Both the position numbers and the translations under genes were made by a program. A DNA stretch of 64,000 nucleotides, taken from an uncultured Acidobacteriota bacterium. GTDB taxonomy: Bacteria; Acidobacteriota; Terriglobia; UBA7540. Under the pieces are notes generated by a model, which was not told where the DNA came from, searched no databases, and worked only from the letters and a program-made list of their open reading frames with translations. Shown piece by piece: positions 1 to 10,080 of this stretch. How positions within the stretch are numbered: the stretch's first letter is position 1; every line of letters starts with the position of its first letter. The stretch spans positions 237,209-301,208 of the forward strand of contig CAWANC010000018.1 of NCBI GenBank assembly GCA_963783155.1. The letters run 5' to 3'.

Positions 1-371
1 CCCGGCCCGCCAAACCCGATGCCTTTGATTCCCTTGTCGGTCGAAATTTCGACGGCATCGGGCCCCAGGTCATCGGCCATAAAGGAAGTTCGCTTTGCCT
101 TGTATCTGGGATAAATGGACATGGGATTCGCCACCACCGCGCCGCCCGTGCTCCAGGAGCCCGGTGCGGGTGTGTAGGCGGGCAAAGGGTTTGCTGGCCT
201 GGGCCGGACCATGCGCACGCCGGTGATTTTCAACTTGCCGGGCTCGTCGCGAAAAGCCAGAGGGGCGGGTGAGGGCAGAGGTGCAGCCGCTCCACGTTCT
301 GGCGAACCCACACTGGCGAAAGCACCCAGTGACAACGCCGTGCCGGCTTCAATGAATTTTCTGCGGTCCAT
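1..371 (-). CDS. Enolase-superfamily (mandelate racemase / muconate-lactonizing-like) protein, N-terminal part; the 3' end lies beyond the window start
   Basis: Open at the window edge, so absent from the ORF track. Reverse translation from ATG (371..369) gives MDRRKFIEAGTALSLGAFASVG (twin-arginine-type signal), then ...KLKITGVRMV...PDAVEISTDKGIKGIGFGGP. That pattern is typical of the N-terminal capping domain of enolase-superfamily dehydratases. GGAGG lies 6 nt upstream of the ATG. Confidence 0.4.
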   Translation of the reverse strand, partial: MDRRKFIEAGTALSLGAFASVGSPERGAAAPLPSPAPLAFRDEPGKLKITGVRMVRPRPANPLPAYTPAPGSWSTGGAVVANPMSIYPRYKAKRTSFMADDLGPDAVEISTDKGIKGIGFGGP

Positions 372-646
372 GTCGATCCTCCTGACACTGGAATGGGGCA
401 AACTCTCGCGCAGCGTGCTGAGGACGCTTGTTGTGCTTGCAGACTTTGCGTGACTACCGGGGCGCGGATGGCGGAGCCATGGAACGCACAGCAGATCCGC
501 CGCTCGCCCTGACGGGCCGAACAGCCGCTTCGCGCTCGATCCCGGCGCACAGACTACCACGCGGCGGCAGGGTGAGTCTACGGCTTGTACCGCCGGGGCG
601 GGGACGTAGAAAGAAAAAGAGGAGCCGCTGGCCGCGAGGGCGTGCG

Positions 647-1267
647 CTAGCGGCCCAGGCCCTGGTCCTTCATCAGCCTGGCGACGCCGGAGATGGCGGA
701 GTCTGCGCTCGATTCGAGCGACTGGATCACGCGGGCCTGGTCAGCCTTGGGGCGGTTCTGGCTGAGCTTGAATTTGGCTTCCAGGCGTTTGACGGCGATT
801 TCAAAACCCACAATCTGGCTGAGCATTTTGGCGCGGTAATTTTCATTCAGGCCGCGCCACTGCTCGAGGTAGGCCTGTTCGAACTGGGCAATGGTTTCCA
901 GCAGGACTTCGGTGAGTGGTTCCGCTTCATGGAAAACACGAGCGCGGCCGTAAGCGTGGACCGCGGCATAGTTCCAGGTGGGGACGCTTTCGCGCGAGCC
1001 ATACAGGCCGGGCGAAATGTAGGCGTGCGGGCCGTGGAAGACGGTGAGCGTTTCCCGCTCCTGCTCCAGCTTTTCCCAGTGCGGATTGGCCCGTGCCACG
1101 TGCCCGCGCAGCAGGATGCCGCCCGCCGCTTCAGTGACCAGCACGGGAATGTGTGTGGCGAACGGCGATCCATCGCCCGCGGAAACCACAATCGCAAACG
1201 GGTTGGCCCGCATGAAGCGAAGAGCAGCCGCGGTGTCTTCGAGACGGTTGAATTCAGGTATGTACAA
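647..1267 (-). CDS. paiB: FMN-binding negative transcriptional regulator, PaiB family
   Basis: 206-aa ORF with family-typical stretches: FMRANPFAIVVS, HIPVL, GHVARANPHW, FHGPHAYISP, VPTWNY, GFEI...L.AKFKLSQNR. Confidence 0.85.
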   Translation of the reverse strand: MYIPEFNRLEDTAAALRFMRANPFAIVVSAGDGSPFATHIPVLVTEAAGGILLRGHVARANPHWEKLEQERETLTVFHGPHAYISPGLYGSRESVPTWNYAAVHAYGRARVFHEAEPLTEVLLETIAQFEQAYLEQWRGLNENYRAKMLSQIVGFEIAVKRLEAKFKLSQNRPKADQARVIQSLESSADSAISGVARLMKDQGLGR

Positions 1268-1532
1268 TTTGAGACCTCAATTTTCAGGGCGCAGCCGGAT
1301 GATGCGGCCTGACCGTTCACACCGCAAAAAGCTCGGCAGGTGCGTTGCCCCGGGTGCTCTTCATTGAAGCACACCCTATGAGTGTGCATCAATGGCAGGT
1401 TGGCACACCCGGGACAGTCGACGAACTGTGACCCAACCGGTCATCGAGCCGCCACGAAGCTTGCAGCCCTTTCCGCCCTTTGACAATTCTCAGCCAGTTG
1501 TTGTAGCTTTATTTATCCAAGGAGAGAAACCA

Positions 1533-1964
1533 TTGCGCAAATTTTCAATTGCTGTCATTGTCGGAACGTTGCTGCTGTCTGCCTGCAGCATGACGGGCGC
1601 GTTGAAGTCCAACGACGCCATCCAGGGCGCTATCGAGGCGCATCTGAAGGACAACCCCAACCTGTCGATGAAGAACTTTAACACCGAGATTGAAAGCGTC
1701 CAGTACAAGGACGATACGGCCGACGCGCTGGCCAAATTCGTTTCCAAAGCGGACGCGACGAGCTCCGTCGAGGTGCGCTATCAGTTGAAGCTGGACGGCC
1801 GGATGTGGAAAGTGGTTTCCAGCCAGCCGGTGGGCAGCCAGGGGATGGGCGGCCATGGCGGCTCTATGGGAGGCTCCATGGGGGGCTCCATGCCCGCGAT
1901 GCCTCCGGGACATCCTGCCATGCCGCAGGGAAAGACCCAGGCGGGCCCGGAAGCCAGCCACTGA
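1533..1964 (+). CDS. Putative lipoprotein with Gly/Ser/Met-rich C-terminal tail
   Basis: In-frame TTG at 1533 preceded by GGAGAG (1521-1526). LRKFSIAVIVGTLLLSAC is a signal peptide plus lipobox Cys. Sequence upstream of 1533 in the 1392 ORF does not look protein-like. Confidence 0.6.
   Translation: MRKFSIAVIVGTLLLSACSMTGALKSNDAIQGAIEAHLKDNPNLSMKNFNTEIESVQYKDDTADALAKFVSKADATSSVEVRYQLKLDGRMWKVVSSQPVGSQGMGGHGGSMGGSMGGSMPAMPPGHPAMPQGKTQAGPEASH
1857..1892 (+). repeat. 3 x 12-bp in-frame tandem repeat encoding GGSM-GGSM-GGSM
   Basis: ggcggctctatg / ggaggctccatg / gggggctccatg read directly; lies inside the lipoprotein ORF. Confidence 0.9.
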
Positions 1965-2178
1965 TTGAGATTTTAAGATCTGCTGCATGATGACGGCGGC
2001 CGGCGGGATTCCGCATCACCCCGGCCGCTCCCAGCGCCTTCCCCCACCCTGATCCCTTACTCAATTTCCACCCCTCTGGACCCGCACGGCAGCGCCTGCG
2101 GAGGGTTCCACCTTTCCGCCGGGCGAGCCATTCCTTTTTCCCCGCTCGGGTGTATTCTATTGAAAGAGGCTTTGGGAG

Positions 2179-4570
2179 ATGGGCAGTCGCTTTTTTGTGG
2201 CAAAAAGTTGGTTTTTGCTTGCCATGGCGGCCATGGTTTGCGCGGTGGCCGGCGCCCAGACGAAACCTGCAACCTCCACCGATTACCTGAGGCAGGGCAA
2301 TCAATTTGCGCAACAACAGAAATGGAAGCAGGCTGAAAACGCCTACCGCAAGGCTTTGAGTCTTGCGCCTGATTCCGCGAAGGCCCACTACGGCCTGGGG
2401 AATGCGCTGGCTGCGCAGCAGAACGTGGGCAACGCCATCCGGGAATACCAGCGCGCGCTCGAACTGGCTCCGGACCTGGGGGGAATTCATCGTGCCCTGG
2501 GAGCGCTGTTTGAGAGCGTCGGCCAGCTCTCCCAGGCGCTTAAAGAGTATCGCGCGGAACTCCAACGCCATCCTAATGACAGCCGCGCGAAGGCCAGTAT
2601 TGCGCGGGTGCTGGCCACCCGTGGAAATTATCAGGAAGCCATTCAGGAATATCAGCGTGTGCTGGCAGAGGACCCGCAAAATGCCAGCGTTCAGGCGGCC
2701 CTGGCGGAAACGCTGCTGCACTCCGGAAAAATCAGCCAGTCTGTGGAAGCCTATCAGAAGGCCGTGAAGCTGGCTCCGAATGATGCCGACGTCCACGCGG
2801 GCCTGGCGGACGCTCTGACGCTCCAGAGGCAATACGCCGACAGCATCAAGGAGTGGCAGGCGGCCATTAAGCTGGGCCCCGACGACGCCCATCTCCATTA
2901 CAACCTTGCCACCGCGCTTGAGGCCACCGGCAACCTGGTTCCGTCCATTTACGAGTACCGCCAGGCGGTTTCGCTGCGCCCGGATCAGACGGTCTACCGG
3001 TTCAACCTTGCGCTGGCTTATCGCGATTCCGGTGACTATGCGGATGCCGAAAAGGAATTGAAGCAGGTGATCCTCCAGAACCCGGACGATGCAGCCGCCC
3101 ACAGGGAGCTGGCCTCTACGTACCTCTCGGTGGGAAATCACCAGGCCGCTGTCATCCAGTATCGGGAGGCCCTGCGCCTGAACCCGGACGATTCGGAACT
3201 TCATGAACAGCTGGGGCTGGTGTTGCGGAAGACCGGAGACCTGACCGGGGCGGTGGCGGAGCTCAAGAAGGCCGAGGAACTCTCTCCCGAGACGGCGAGC
3301 TTCCGCCAGAACCTTGCCGAATCCCTGGAGGCCCAGGGAGACCTTCCACGCTTTATTACGGATTACCAGCAGGCCGTCAGGCTCCGGCCCAAAGATCCCA
3401 TCGCCCACCTGAATCTTGCCAATGCCTATCTGTCTGCGAAGAAAACGAAGGAAGCGCTGGGCGAGTACCGGGTTGCCGCCCAACTGGCTCCAAAAAACGC
3501 GGAAATTCAGTACCGGCTGGCCCTGGCGCTGCAGGCCGAGGGAAACACCAGGGAGGAGCAGGCCGCGCTGCAAAAGGCCGTCGAGTTGCGTCCCGACTAC
3601 GCGGAGGCGCTGGAAGCTCTGGGGGACTTGCTGGCCGCACAGAAGAATTATCAGCTTGCGGTTCCTACCTATCGCGACGCATTGCGCCTGCTGCCGAGCG
3701 ACCTGAATTTGCGGATGCGCCTGGCCAAAGTTCTGGAAGCGAATGGCGATCCGCAGGGCGCCGTGGAAGTGATTGAGCAGGCCGTGAAGCTGGACCCGAC
3801 TTCCGTGGAATACGAACTGGAGCTTGCCGACGCGCTGGTCGCGAAGAAGGATTACAAGTCGGCGGCCAAGGTCTACCGCCAGGCGCTGGCCATGAAACCC
3901 TCGCAACCCGGAACTCGCGGCCAAGCTGGGGGCCGCATTGCTGCAGATGGGCGACACCAGGGGGGCCGCAGAGGCGCTGCGCCAGTCTCTCAAGAGCAAG
4001 CCGGATGATCCCCAGGCGCACCTGGAACTGGCTCGGCTTCTGCAGAAATCCGGAGACTTTGCGGGGGCGGCCGGGGAGGCCAGGGCAGCGCTGAAAATGA
4101 CTCCCAACTCCGCCCAGGCGCACTATGCGCTGGGGTCGGCGCTGCTGGGCGAGAGCAAGCAGGATGAAGGCATCAAGGAACTGCGGGAATCCTTGCGCGA
4201 CAATGCCGATTACAGTGAGGCGCGCCTGGCGCTGGCCAACGCTCTGAGGCAGTCAGGCCAGCTTTATGAGGCCATCGGGCATTATGAGCAGTACCTGCGC
4301 GACAATCCATCCGACGCCTCGGTCCACCTGGCCCTGGCCGAGGCTCTCAACGCAAGAAAGGATTACAGCGCTGCCATCGAGCAGTGCCAGGAAGCGCTGA
4401 AGCTGAAGCCGGACAACCCCCAGGCGCATTACGACCTGGCCGTGAATCTGCAAAAGGCCGGCAAGAACCGGGACGCGCGCCGGGAGTACGAAACCTACCT
4501 GAAACTCGATCCCAAAGGCCCCAACGCGGAAGCCGCTCGCACCCTTCTGAGAAAACTGGCAACGTCGTAG
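2179..4570 (+). CDS. Large secreted TPR-repeat protein (about 797 aa if merged), interrupted by an apparent frameshift near 3905
   Basis: ORFs 2179..4008 and 3938..4570 both consist of 34-aa TPR units (A..Y..AL.L.P....A...LG). The N-terminus is signal-like (MGSRFFVAKSWFLLAMAAMVCAVAGA). Reading ...YRQALAMKPS and shifting one base gives NPELAAKLGAALLQMGDTRGAAEAL..., a seamless TPR continuation. Confidence 0.85.
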
Positions 4571-4637
4571 GCCTGCCGCGGATGCCGGCAAGCTTCCGCC
4601 CGGCAATGGCAAACCCCGGTAAAACCTGGAGAGTTTT

Positions 4638-5816
4638 CTACCGCCCCAGCAGGGCCTTGGCGATGGTTTGGAGCTGCATGAATGACGTGCCTTCGTAGAT
4701 TTTTCCGATCTTCGAGTCGCGCAGGTATTTCTCGGCAGGGTAGTCTTTGGTGAAGCCGTAGCCGCCGTAGATTTCGATGGCTTCCGAGGCCACGCGTTCC
4801 GCCACCTCGGAGCAGAAATACTTGGCCATGGCCGCCTCCTTCAGGAAAGGCTTCCCGGCGTCCTTGAGGCGTGCAGCGTTGTAGGCCAGAAGGCGGGCGG
4901 CTTCCATGCGGGTGGCAAGCGTGGCCAGCTGGAACTGGATGGCCTGGAATTCGCTGATGGGCTTGCCGAACTGTTGGCGCTCCTGCGCATAGGCGAGAGC
5001 GTGGCTGAAGGCGCCCTGCGCCACGCCCACCATCTGCGCGGCAATGCCGATGCGCCCTTCATTCAGAGTTTCAATGGCCACCTTGTAGCCCTTGCCCACT
5101 TCACCCAGCACGTTCGGTTTGGGCACTCGGCAATCTTCCAGCAGCAGCTCGCAGGTGGATGACGCCCGGATGCCCAGCTTGTCTTCCTTCCGGCCCACCG
5201 TGAAACCGGGTGTCTCGCGGTCCAGCAGGAAAGCCGTGATGCCTTTATAACCCAGCTCGCGGTTGAGGGTGGCAAAGATGATAAAAAGGCCGGCTTCTTT
5301 GGCGTTGGTGATCCAAAGCTTGCGGCCGTTCAGCAAATAGTGGTCGCCGTCTTCGGTGGCGCGGGTCTCCAGCGCGAAAGCGTCACTGCCCGAACCGGCT
5401 TCTGAAAGGGCGTAGGCGCCCACCGTGTCACGCGCCAGGCGGGGAAGGAATTCCTTCTTCTGCTCATCCCGCCCCCAGCGGAGAATGGCGTTGGAGACCA
5501 GCGTGTTCTGAACGTCAATCACCACCCCGGCGGAAGCGTCTACGCGCGAAAACTCTTCGATGGCCACGACCGACATGAAGAACGATCCGCCGCTGCCGCC
5601 GTAAGCCTCCGGAATGCTGAGGCCCATGAAGCCCTGCTCGAAAAACTTTTCGATCAGCTCCGGACGGAACACGCCCTCGCGGTCCATCGCTTCCACGTGC
5701 GGGCCGATTTCCTTTTCGGCAAACTCGCGCGCCGCCGCCTGGAACATCTGTTCCTCTTCGGTCAGCACGGTTAAAGGTTGAATGAGAGGCAGGGAAAGAG
5801 ATGCAGGATCGGCCAT
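4638..5816 (-). CDS. Acyl-CoA dehydrogenase (short/branched-chain type)
   Basis: 392-aa ORF with ACAD hallmarks (LTEEEQMF, GFMGLSIPEAYGGSG, YALSEAGSGSDA, WITNA, IYEGTS). ATG at 5816 is preceded by GGAGG plus 9 nt; the track start at 5825 is a TTG directly abutting the RBS. Confidence 0.9.
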   Translation of the reverse strand: MADPASLSLPLIQPLTVLTEEEQMFQAAAREFAEKEIGPHVEAMDREGVFRPELIEKFFEQGFMGLSIPEAYGGSGGSFFMSVVAIEEFSRVDASAGVVIDVQNTLVSNAILRWGRDEQKKEFLPRLARDTVGAYALSEAGSGSDAFALETRATEDGDHYLLNGRKLWITNAKEAGLFIIFATLNRELGYKGITAFLLDRETPGFTVGRKEDKLGIRASSTCELLLEDCRVPKPNVLGEVGKGYKVAIETLNEGRIGIAAQMVGVAQGAFSHALAYAQERQQFGKPISEFQAIQFQLATLATRMEAARLLAYNAARLKDAGKPFLKEAAMAKYFCSEVAERVASEAIEIYGGYGFTKDYPAEKYLRDSKIGKIYEGTSFMQLQTIAKALLGR

Positions 5817-5979
5817 GAGCAGCAACCTCCAGTGAAAACACCATCTTATTCACTACGGTCAGGAGGCGCAAGCCTGAGAAGGACGCCCCCAGGCCTGTTG
5901 CCTCGCCCGGGGTAACACCTTGTATTTCAAAGACCGGAAGACTGCATGGCCGGACGCTGGGGCCCGGCATGGATGGGGC

Positions 5980-7799
5980 CTACCACTGCACGCCGGGATA
6001 AAGGCTGGGAATGCGGAAAGCCCGGTAAGCATTCTGGTTGGCGATATCAAGTTGCCAGACGGTCTGCGGTGTCGGGTCCGGAGTCACCTCCATCACCCGC
6101 GCGGCGCTGGGGGCCAGCGAGAATGCGCAAATGTCGAACTCGATGTTGCCGTTCAGAAGCTGCTGGGAGTTTCCACCAAATACCGAATACGCCGACAAGT
6201 TATCCACCCAGGTGATGGTTGCCGTCTTGTTGATTTCGTCAACCTGAAAAACGGGCACGCGGCTGTGGCAGGCGGGCTGGCCGGTGGTGCCGCACTCGTT
6301 CCCGGCATCATCCAGACGCCGCCAGTTGCCGTTGTCAAACACCACCATATCAAAAATGCCTGAGCTGTTGGGGCTGATGATCTGGGGGCCGTGCTGGGCG
6401 AAAAACCAGTCCTGGGGGGATGTTCCTCCCTTCAGCGTGAAATCACCCTGATAGCCCAGCCTCCACAGGACGTCTCCCGACCCCTTCCCGTCCTGGTAGT
6501 CGATCTTGATGATCCAGTTCTGGTGGCGCATGGATAGGATCAGGTCGCCATCGTCCGGCGAGTAGAGGATGGCGTTCGCATGGGTCCAGTCGGGCCAGCT
6601 TTCGGGTTGCCGGTTGATGTCCAGATGATCGAAGGTATCCCAGACCCAAACGGGATTCCAATTCTGATCGATGTCAACGATGGCATCATCCACCATGGTG
6701 ACACCCTGATACTGGCGATTGTAATTGACCAGCAGAATGATGTGGCCGTTGGCCATCGGCAGGACGTCATGGGATATGGCCTTGACTTGCAGGCTGAAGC
6801 CGGCGTTGGTCAGCCGGGTATTCAGTTCGGCCGTGGTCATATCACGAATCGTGTTTCCGGCCAAGTCGATTTCCCGAAGGTCTCCCGGTCCCCCCGTTCC
6901 GCCCCCGCCCGGCGCGAGATTGATGAGGATGTCGCCGTTCGGCAAAGGCTCCCTCATGGGGAAGGGGAACGCGTAGGTTGTAAACTCCTCCGGATACTCG
7001 TAGTACCAGATCAGGTTTCCCTGCAGGTCCGTGACAACCGCCTCCAGTTTGGTGTCAGGCGGGTTGAGAACATCGAGTCCCATCATTTCAACTCCGCTGC
7101 CCGGAGTCATTCCGGACGTGGGGGTGACGGTAACCTGTGGAATCAGGTTTGCCGGCGGGGCGCCGGTCGGGAAAGTATGGTCCGCATCCTGAAACTGCAG
7201 CCCGCCGGGCAGATCTACCACCGCCCGCATGTGATAAGTGCTGGACATCCTCATTCCCGCCACCAGAATGTTCACCGGCCCGCCGCCGGTGGGAGCATCC
7301 CGTTTCCAGGTGTCAAGGCCGTAGGAGGTGTCCGGCCCGAAATTAACCTTGACGCTGCCGCCGTCCGGGACCGTCATCGAATACTGCGCCACCATCGGAT
7401 TGTTGGTGTTGGACACCGTGCCCGGGGCCAGCACCCAGACCGTGGCTTCGGCGGTCTTGGTAGGGTTGGCCACGCTCGCCGCCTGAATCTTGACGGGGGT
7501 CATCACGTCCGGTGCTCGGAGCTTTATAGAGACCGTTTGAGTCAACCGTCCCTGCACTGGCGCTGGAACTGAAGATGGTCCATGTGACGTCCTTGTTGGT
7601 GGTCCCCGCCACACTGGCGGTCAATTGCAGCGTCTGGCCGGTTGCCACGGCGCCCGTGTCCGGGGAAACCGTTACGGAAACTGTGGTTTGAGCCGTTGGG
7701 CTGGACGAGATTGAAGGTCTGGTTCTGGCCGCAATTCAAGGCCAGAACGCCTTGAAACAGCACCAGGATGAGAAACCAACGGCTACTTCTGAATTTCAT
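5980..7799 (-). CDS. Secreted arylsulfotransferase (ASST)-like beta-propeller protein with N-terminal Big_2-like domain; two apparent frameshifts
   Basis: Three frames join up. First, a signal peptide MKFRSSRWFLILVLFQGVLALNC (ATG 7799). Second, an Ig-like segment VSVTVSPDTGAVATGQTLQLTASVAGTTNKDVTWTI...GLYKAPS. Third, the 544-aa body with DWTHANAILYSPDDGDLILSMRHQNWIIKIDYQDGKGSGDVLWRLG, which is typical of ASST-type propellers. Shifts lie near 7690-7730 and 7511-7528. Confidence 0.6.
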
Positions 7800-7942
7800 T
7801 CTTGTATCCTCCGGCCACACTAAATGGGCCGGGGATACCCGACGCGCCGCCCATTAAAAATTCTAATGCAGCGTAGTCTAATGGGCCCGGTTTATGTTGT
7901 AAAGGATTATTCGGCAGGCGTTTTGCACGGGGGAAGGGGCTG

Positions 7943-8515
7943 CTACTTCTGGCGCTCGATTTTCAGATTGACCTGTTCGCCATCATCGAGCGGCAGGGAA
8001 CTGTCCAGTTCCAGCACGCCCTGGTGGTAGGTGGCTGTTGCGCGGAGGGATTGGGGAGGCGCGGGAGCCGCCTGTGGCGGTTCCTTGCGCTTTGACGCGG
8101 CGTCCATGGCTTCATTTGCCAGGCGATCGGCTTCGCAGTTGTGTTCGCGCCGGACGTGTTCAATGCGAAACGCGTCGAACTGCGCAATCAGCGTGCGGGC
8201 GCGGTCGTACAACACCTTGAGACTGGGATTTTTGACCTTGTACCGCCCGTTAATCTGGCGCGCCATCAGTTCTGAATCCGTAATGATCTTCAGCCGCCGG
8301 TGGTTGTGCTCCAGCGCGTAGTCGAGCGCGGCCAGCAGTCCCTCGTATTCCGCGACGTTGTTGGTGGCATGTCCCAGGTATCTGGATAGCGAGTCCAGGC
8401 GGGTTCCGTCCTCTGCGCTGACCACCACGGCGTAAGCCGCCGGGCCGGGATTGCCGCGCGAACCGCCGTCAATGTGGGCGATGATTTGCTTGTCCTGGGA
8501 TGATGGATTGGGCAT
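7943..8515 (-). CDS. rnhA: Ribonuclease HI-family protein with a C-terminal DUF104/AF2212-like (antitoxin-like) tail
   Basis: IAHIDGGSRGNPGPAAYAVVV...TNNVAEYEGLLAAL...IITDSELMARQINGRYKVKN...HVRREHNCEADRLAN carries the RNase H DEDD-type motifs. The last 35 aa or so, ATATYHQGVLELDSSLPLDDGEQVNLKIERQK, resemble the small DUF104 fold. Confidence 0.85.
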   Translation of the reverse strand: MPNPSSQDKQIIAHIDGGSRGNPGPAAYAVVVSAEDGTRLDSLSRYLGHATNNVAEYEGLLAALDYALEHNHRRLKIITDSELMARQINGRYKVKNPSLKVLYDRARTLIAQFDAFRIEHVRREHNCEADRLANEAMDAASKRKEPPQAAPAPPQSLRATATYHQGVLELDSSLPLDDGEQVNLKIERQK

Positions 8516-8607
8516 GGGTCAGGAGTTTTCAGCGCCGGGATGCCAGATGGCGAAGAAGCGCAATACGGGTTAATTCCTGCCGGGGCTTACCCGGCCAGGG
8601 ATGAAAT

Positions 8608-9369
8608 CTAATTTGGCGCCACCGCCGGCTGGCCGTTTCCCTCTGCCTCCGGCGGGGGGCTTAGGCGTTCACTGGAATAGAGGATGCGCGCGCAGTTTTC
8701 ACATTCGTGAAGGCCTTCGCCGGCGCGGACGTCGTAGTAAAGCTGCGGGCGCAGCATGACGTTGCACCCCATGCACTTTCCCGCGCGGACTTCCGCCAGC
8801 GCCAGGCCGCCCCGCCCCTTGCGGACAAACTCGTAATGGCTCAGAATCTCGCCGCTGAGCTTTGCCGCAAGCTCCTGGCGGTCACTGGCTGAGTGGTCGC
8901 GTTCGCCGGTGGCGGCCCTGGCGGCCGCTTCGAGATCGCCTTTTTCCTGCGCCACGCGCTTTTTCTCAGCTTCCAGCCGGCCCTCGGCCTCCGTCACCAG
9001 CTTCTGGAGTTCCTCGGATTCGATCATCTTTTCCAGGATGCGGTCTTCAATGCCTCGGATTCTGGCCTCTTCGCCATCGATTTCCTTCAGCATGGCCCGG
9101 TACTGCTCATTGGTCTTCACCAGATAAAGCTGGTCCTTGTGCTTGGAAATTTTCTGGCGAATCATCTGGATTTCGCCTTCCATATCACGGCGCTCTTTCT
9201 GGTTGGCGCTCAGATGCCGCTGGCGCTCCTCGTGAGCCTCGATAAAATCACTCAGTTGTTTTTCTATGGCCTGGATTTTGCTGGGGAAGGTATCAATTTG
9301 GGATGAAAGATCGGCGATTTGCTGATCTACATGTTGGAGATCGATCAGTGTTTTAAGATCGGAGTACAC
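8608..9369 (-). CDS. Coiled-coil C4 zinc-ribbon protein (COG1579-like)
   Basis: 253-aa ORF with long heptad-rich coiled coil and a C-terminal CMGC...CENC zinc ribbon. The position next to RNase HI matches a widely conserved gene pair. Confidence 0.75.
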   Translation of the reverse strand: MYSDLKTLIDLQHVDQQIADLSSQIDTFPSKIQAIEKQLSDFIEAHEERQRHLSANQKERRDMEGEIQMIRQKISKHKDQLYLVKTNEQYRAMLKEIDGEEARIRGIEDRILEKMIESEELQKLVTEAEGRLEAEKKRVAQEKGDLEAAARAATGERDHSASDRQELAAKLSGEILSHYEFVRKGRGGLALAEVRAGKCMGCNVMLRPQLYYDVRAGEGLHECENCARILYSSERLSPPPEAEGNGQPAVAPN

Positions 9370-9507
9370 TTCTTCTCCTGCGCTATGAATAGCACTTGCG
9401 TTAAGGTATCAATTTGAATCAGGTGAGCCACTCTTTTCCTTATACTCCCGCTGAACCCATTGTGGCACAATACCCGGCGGCCATCAAGCTATAGGCAAAA
9501 CACGAGG

Positions 9508-10053
9508 TCATCGCCGGCGTGGCGGCCGCTTGCCGCGGTGTTCAACAATCAGGTCTGAGTAGGAGCGGGAAAGGATGTCGTCGGTAAGAACTCCAAACAT
9601 TTCTTTCATTTGCTCCGCCTGCTTGCGCCCGTGGCGCAGGTTCCCCTTGTGGACAAAGGCTTCGACTTCCAGGAATTTGCCAAGCCCCCGAACACGATCC
9701 AGGTGAATCTTGATGTTGTCCACAAAGTAGATTTCGCGAACCTTGTCAACCACGGCGGCAACGCCCAGCACCGCCGCCAGCACTTTCTTGAGCGTTCGGA
9801 CCTGTGCAGGGTCAGGGAATTCGCAGAGTAGAACTTTGGAGGGCCGCACCCGGGCCGTGTTCTGCCTCTGGTAGAAAATCAAAGCGTTTTCAATGTTTCC
9901 CTGGCGAATCTTCAGCCTTCCTGTGGGCGTGTTGAAGTAGGTGTCAATCTGGTGGTCGGTTCCCGCCACGCGCGGGCGCAGGCTTTTGAGAGCGGCCCGG
10001 ACCCGCTTTTCATCGCGCATCCGGGCCTTGAATTCAACGTTGATTCCCTGCAT
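9508..10053 (-). CDS. CYTH-domain protein (class IV adenylate cyclase / triphosphatase family)
   Basis: N-terminal INVEFKARM (the EXEXK-type motif of CYTH) and a beta-strand-rich body of about 180 aa, the size of CyaB-like proteins. Confidence 0.75.
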   Translation of the reverse strand: MQGINVEFKARMRDEKRVRAALKSLRPRVAGTDHQIDTYFNTPTGRLKIRQGNIENALIFYQRQNTARVRPSKVLLCEFPDPAQVRTLKKVLAAVLGVAAVVDKVREIYFVDNIKIHLDRVRGLGKFLEVEAFVHKGNLRHGRKQAEQMKEMFGVLTDDILSRSYSDLIVEHRGKRPPRRR

Positions 10054-10080
10054 GGACAGGCATGCTCTCCCGGCTTTCGG

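Noticed and set aside
1864-4107. 747-aa minus-strand ORF, the longest in this part of the track
   Set aside because: It lies exactly antisense to the TPR gene. Its translation is low-complexity and Arg/Gly/Leu/Gln-rich with no motifs. This is the typical shadow ORF of a high-GC gene.
7823-7855. Stem AATGGGC / GCCCATT between the RNase HI and ASST-like genes as a terminator
   Set aside because: The loop is 19 nt. The T-run lies on the wrong side for the minus-strand RNase HI transcript. The structure is weak.
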